Below are positions 27,592 to 31,341 of a stretch of DNA of 31,341 nucleotides, one piece after another. The DNA lies in the IMG/VR virus record IMGVR_UViG_3300014775_000568, positions 1 through 31,341 of that record. One strand, written 5' to 3'. The translations under genes and the position numbers were made by a program. Within the stretch, counting starts at the first letter, position 1. Each line of letters opens with the position of its first letter. Below the pieces are notes generated by a model, which was not told the DNA's origin, did not search any database, and worked only from the letters and a program-made list of their open reading frames with translations. Source of the stretch: a virus. Taxonomy: Duplodnaviria; Caudoviricetes.

Positions 27592-30497
27592 TGGCAAGTA
27601 TTAGAGGTAAAATAATAAATCCAATAACTACAAGTGGTAGAGTTATAAGTGAAATAGAAGCACCTGTAAATGTTAGGTTAGATGTTGATATGAGTTATCA
27701 ATCTTCTTCTACGTCTACTTTTTTGGAAACTGATAGGGCGTTATTTTTACCTACTGATTTGTCAAATATAGATAATATATTTTTATTGTCTAAACCAGAA
27801 AAATTTGGTAATAAAATTTTTATAAATAGACTAACTGAAAAGAATTTACCTTTATATTTTTCAGGTAATAGTAGTGATCCTATATTAGAGGTTGAAATTA
27901 TACCAAACAATTTAATTAGGTATATTGATGGTGGAAAGAAATATCAGTTACTTGCGAGTAGAAATGAAAGTAATAATTATGGGTGGGAACCTGTTAGTAA
28001 TAGAGAATTATATTCACATATAGAAAGATCAGATTTTGATAGTTTTGATTTTCCACAAATAACAATAAGGGGTGTAAGAAAAATACCTGCAACAACTGCG
28101 GACACATTATGTGGACCAGTAACTTATACAGGGTATACCTATGATAGATTAAATTATAATTGGTATTTTGGACAAAACGCAGGTATTTCATTCTTACCTA
28201 TTATATCAGGAGGTACACCAATAACTGTTAGTGGTTCTGTTGTATCACAAGAAGGTGTTTCATCAATATCAAATAAAGAGGGTGAACTTTTATTTTATAC
28301 AAATGGTGAAACCGTATACACTAGTGGTAATACTGTAATGGTTAATGGTACTGGTTTGTCTAGTTCAGGTACATCAACACAATCATGTATTATAGTACCA
28401 AAACCTGATAGTAATAAATACTATATATTTACAACTGACTATGATGGTAACCCTAATGGTTTTGAATATTCTATTGTGGATATGGAATTACAAGGTGGTG
28501 ATGGACAAGTTGAAACAAAAAATATAAAATTAATTAATACACCAATAACTGAAAAGGTTACTGCTTGTAATCATAGTGATGATGGTTATTGGATTATAAC
28601 ACATACTAGTGGGGATAGTACATATTATTCATATAGGTTATCTTCTTCTGGGTTAACAGGACCAACTACAACTAGTATTGGTACAACACATAGTACCGCT
28701 AGGGGTTATATGAAAACATCACCTAATGGTGAAAAACTAATTTCTTTACTTTATGATGAAGACATAATAGATATATTTGATTTTGATGATACTAATGGAA
28801 CTTTAAGTAATTTTTTAACCATTACTGGTATGACATTCGATGTTGGACCTTATGGGTTAGAGTTTTCATCAGATTCATCTAAATTCTACGTTTCTGAAGG
28901 TGCAGGTGAAAAGGTATATCAGTTTGATTTATCCTATACTGCGGGCACTGACATAATGAATAACGTTATTGAGGTTGGAAACGTTACGGGATCTAGTTTA
29001 GGTGCATTACAAATGGGTCCTGATGAAAGAATATATGTTGCGGATTATAATAGTACTAATTTACATATTATACATAGACCAGATGGGTTAGGGGTTCAAT
29101 GTAATTTCCAACAGAGTGGTTTTAGTTTAACAACTTCTGCGGTTACAGGTACATCATCATTTTGGGGACTACCAAATATAATAACAAATAAGTCTTTATC
29201 TTGTGATAGGGGTGTATATATAGTTAATAGAACTAGTAGAACAGGATATCTTTTAGAGTTTTTAGTTAATAATGTTAATGATGTTGTTATACCTAAAAAT
29301 CTATCATATTATGGTGAGATATATAAATATGATACTAATTTAAGTTTATTTACTAAAGATGCGGTTAATACTATATCATTAGAACATTCTAAACTAACTG
29401 GTGATACAGTAAATGAAGTATTTATACCACTTAATGAAATAGGTGAAGGTGAATTTCTTATTAAATCTTATTGGAATTATGATATTAACACACTACTTTA
29501 TAAACAGTTAAAGAAAACAAAAAGTAGCGTAGACACTTATAAGAGAGGTGAATTATATGGTTTATATACACCTGAAACTGATTGGTATTTTATAAGTTTA
29601 TATGAGGCAGACAAACCATTATTCAGTAATAATTTAGCACCATCAACTAATAGTGTAAGTAATTTAACTGTTAGTAGTGTTATTACCGAATCAGGTGTTA
29701 CAAAATATTTGGTAAGTAATTTATCAGAACCAATAGTAAGTTATAATGGTTCAGTTTTAGCAAAAAATATAGAATATAGTGCGGTGACAACAGGCACTAC
29801 TAAGTCTATTGATTTATTATTCACACCATTAGGTGGACAGATATTAACATATGCTTATATTTCTGATGGTAGTAGTAGTGAGTTATATCCTGATTTATAT
29901 ACGATTAGAGGTACTATTAAAAGTGGTGCAACTGGAACACAATTAGAAACTGATAGAGTATTTTATAATACAACACAAAGTAAATACGAATTTTATACAT
30001 TAAGTGAACCCGCTAGTGATGTAGTTATATCTATAAATGGTTCTTTACTTTCTAAAGACATAGAATATTATACTTCTGTTTCTAATACTAGAAGGTTAAT
30101 ATTAGAGGTGACATTGAACGTTGGTGATATTATAGAATGTTTTTATTTACCTAAATCACCTGTTAACGGACCAATTGCAACTAATAGTCCTAATATAAAT
30201 TGGAGTATAAATAATGGACCGACAAATACTAATGGTAGATTTATAGTTGAGTTTGCAGACATAAATGATAAAGAATTTAATACTATATTATATTCAGGTA
30301 TTACAGATTACATAATAAATCAAAAAACTTATAATAGTTTAGTATCATTGACAAATGCGGTTGCAGGTGATAAATTTGTGTATAGGGTTAAGAACGAAAA
30401 ATTTTATTATCCTATTAGTGGTGAGACTATATATAGTTTTAGATATAGTGATGTAAATGAGATAGAAATAACATCAAATAATGGTAATACATATTAA
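27591..30497 (+). CDS. Virion protein (968 aa) containing a Bacteroidota surface-protein-type beta-propeller
   Basis: TAATG overlap with the upstream gene; aa 190-529 NWYFGQNAG...GELLFYTNG...STQSCIIVPKP...YSIVDM...KTSPNGEKL...YGLEFS...GALQMGPD...GLPN; the C-terminal half has two V/I-x-x-NG-x-x-L-x-x-x-x-EY modules typical of phage structural proteins. Confidence 0.75.
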   Translation: MASIRGKIINPITTSGRVISEIEAPVNVRLDVDMSYQSSSTSTFLETDRALFLPTDLSNIDNIFLLSKPEKFGNKIFINRLTEKNLPLYFSGNSSDPILEVEIIPNNLIRYIDGGKKYQLLASRNESNNYGWEPVSNRELYSHIERSDFDSFDFPQITIRGVRKIPATTADTLCGPVTYTGYTYDRLNYNWYFGQNAGISFLPIISGGTPITVSGSVVSQEGVSSISNKEGELLFYTNGETVYTSGNTVMVNGTGLSSSGTSTQSCIIVPKPDSNKYYIFTTDYDGNPNGFEYSIVDMELQGGDGQVETKNIKLINTPITEKVTACNHSDDGYWIITHTSGDSTYYSYRLSSSGLTGPTTTSIGTTHSTARGYMKTSPNGEKLISLLYDEDIIDIFDFDDTNGTLSNFLTITGMTFDVGPYGLEFSSDSSKFYVSEGAGEKVYQFDLSYTAGTDIMNNVIEVGNVTGSSLGALQMGPDERIYVADYNSTNLHIIHRPDGLGVQCNFQQSGFSLTTSAVTGTSSFWGLPNIITNKSLSCDRGVYIVNRTSRTGYLLEFLVNNVNDVVIPKNLSYYGEIYKYDTNLSLFTKDAVNTISLEHSKLTGDTVNEVFIPLNEIGEGEFLIKSYWNYDINTLLYKQLKKTKSSVDTYKRGELYGLYTPETDWYFISLYEADKPLFSNNLAPSTNSVSNLTVSSVITESGVTKYLVSNLSEPIVSYNGSVLAKNIEYSAVTTGTTKSIDLLFTPLGGQILTYAYISDGSSSELYPDLYTIRGTIKSGATGTQLETDRVFYNTTQSKYEFYTLSEPASDVVISINGSLLSKDIEYYTSVSNTRRLILEVTLNVGDIIECFYLPKSPVNGPIATNSPNINWSINNGPTNTNGRFIVEFADINDKEFNTILYSGITDYIINQKTYNSLVSLTNAVAGDKFVYRVKNEKFYYPISGETIYSFRYSDVNEIEITSNNGNTY

Positions 30498-30514
30498 CAA
30501 TAATAAGAAATCAT

Positions 30515-30522
30515 ATATTTAT
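30515..30522 (+). promoter_or_regulatory. ATATTTAT motif, candidate phage promoter
   Basis: Intergenic, 19 nt before ATG 30542. Confidence 0.5.
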
Positions 30523-30541
30523 ATTTAAATAGAATAAAGTA

Positions 30542-31341
30542 ATGAGTTACATTAATAAACAAAGTACAACGTTAGTAAGAGTTAAATTAACTGATATCGG
30601 AAGAGAACAATTGGCGAAGGGTCAATTAACTTTTAACAGTTATATTATTGGTGACTCTGAAGTAGATTACAATTATGTAAAAGGTTGGAAAGAATTTGTA
30701 CCCAATAGTGGTGCAGCTACAGGTGAATTTTATTTTACTGAGGCAGATGGTAATATAGTTAAGAATATTTTTTCAAAAGTATTAAGACCTAAAGACGACA
30801 ATCCATTCTTTTCTTCATTTTTATTAAATCAAAGTAATCAATTTATATTCCCACTTAATCAACAAAGTAATATACAACTTATAAAAGGTTTGGTAAGTAA
30901 CGAAGCAGACGATAGAGGATTTTTCTCTGGTTCTACCGTTGATACAGGTTTGGTTTTAGATACTAATACGATTAAAGAAACAGGAACAGTTGATTTAGGT
31001 AACTTTGATGGTACTATTGATGTGACTACATATACAAAAGGTGTTTTAACATTAGACACACCATTAACTGCGACTAGTGTAAATGATTATATTACATTTA
31101 GATTTAGTAATCCAACATTAGGTAATGTAAGTGGTGATACTATGACTGGTGCAACAGTAAACACCACATACAACATCACATCTATTAGTGGTAGTACAAT
31201 ACAAGTTGATAGAGCATTACCAACACTAAGTGCATATTCAGGTACTATAATTACTTATTATACAATACCCGGTGGTGATAATCCATCTGATGATTATTAT
31301 GGTAGTAGTTCATTAACATCTTATTGGAATACAGGTACATT
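30542..31341 (+). CDS. Putative structural protein, 3'-truncated (not in the supplied ORF track)
   Basis: Translated by hand, open for 266 codons to the window end: MSYINKQSTTLVRVKLTDIGREQLAKGQLTFNSYIIGDSEVDY...; the LTxxGRxxLA...GD.E.DY start resembles N-termini of baseplate/fibre-attachment proteins. Confidence 0.85.
   Translation, partial: MSYINKQSTTLVRVKLTDIGREQLAKGQLTFNSYIIGDSEVDYNYVKGWKEFVPNSGAATGEFYFTEADGNIVKNIFSKVLRPKDDNPFFSSFLLNQSNQFIFPLNQQSNIQLIKGLVSNEADDRGFFSGSTVDTGLVLDTNTIKETGTVDLGNFDGTIDVTTYTKGVLTLDTPLTATSVNDYITFRFSNPTLGNVSGDTMTGATVNTTYNITSISGSTIQVDRALPTLSAYSGTIITYYTIPGGDNPSDDYYGSSSLTSYWNTGT

Larger units (their letters stand above)
1..31341 (+). mobile_element. Fragment of a large (possibly jumbo) myovirus genome, probable Bacteroidota host
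   Basis: Phage-type recombination/replication genes directly followed by T4 gp25- and gp6-like baseplate genes and giant structural ORFs; tight co-oriented packing; no integrase or host housekeeping genes; A-rich leaders without Shine-Dalgarno motifs. Confidence 0.9.

Noticed and set aside
5161-31059. All minus-strand ORFs in the track (e.g. 5161-5415, 13110-13442, 19346-19657, 26865-27359, 30859-31059)
   Set aside because: Short, antisense to long well-supported + strand genes, with no recognisable motifs; expected shadows of biased codon usage.
5665-31341. Bacterial extracellular contractile injection system or T6SS instead of a phage
   Set aside because: The baseplate genes are contiguous with phage-type recombinase, exonuclease, helicase and RNR genes; no eCIS ATPase, T6SS membrane complex or host genes are seen.
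1-31341. CRISPR arrays, tRNAs, and diversity-generating retroelement repeat pairs
   Set aside because: Intergenic gaps are under 100 nt and AT-rich; no spaced repeats, cloverleaf, reverse transcriptase or adenine-variant duplicate segments were noticed by eye.

Overview
AT-rich (roughly 28% GC by eye), gene-dense fragment of a large tailed phage with a contractile tail (T4-like baseplate). All genes are on the + strand and use the standard genetic code. 1-5580 is a replication and nucleotide module: 5'-truncated RecA/UvsX-like recombinase, FEN/PolA-type 5'-3' exonuclease, a hypothetical protein, DnaB/gp41-type helicase, class II (B12-dependent) ribonucleotide reductase and a small Cys-rich DUF5522-like protein, closed by a GAAA-tetraloop terminator. 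5665-31341 is a baseplate/tail module: gp25-like and gp6-like wedge proteins, a small membrane protein, giant Cys-rich 1796-aa and 2689-aa proteins, several hypothetical virion proteins, a fibre-like protein, a protein carrying a Bacteroidota-type beta-propeller, and a 3'-truncated ORF missing from the supplied track. The lack of Shine-Dalgarno motifs and the captured propeller suggest a Bacteroidota host. Most notable signals: (i) a [ST]-[GA]-x-T tetrapeptide strongly enriched in virion proteins (candidate glycosylation sequon), (ii) a recurring ATATTTAT motif just upstream of gene starts (candidate phage promoter), (iii) depletion of RGCY sites, (iv) a membrane segment plus dense Cys clusters in baseplate-region proteins, (v) a DUF5522-like gene coupled to the B12 RNR. 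Family assignments are from motif recognition and all counts are by eye; no searches were run.
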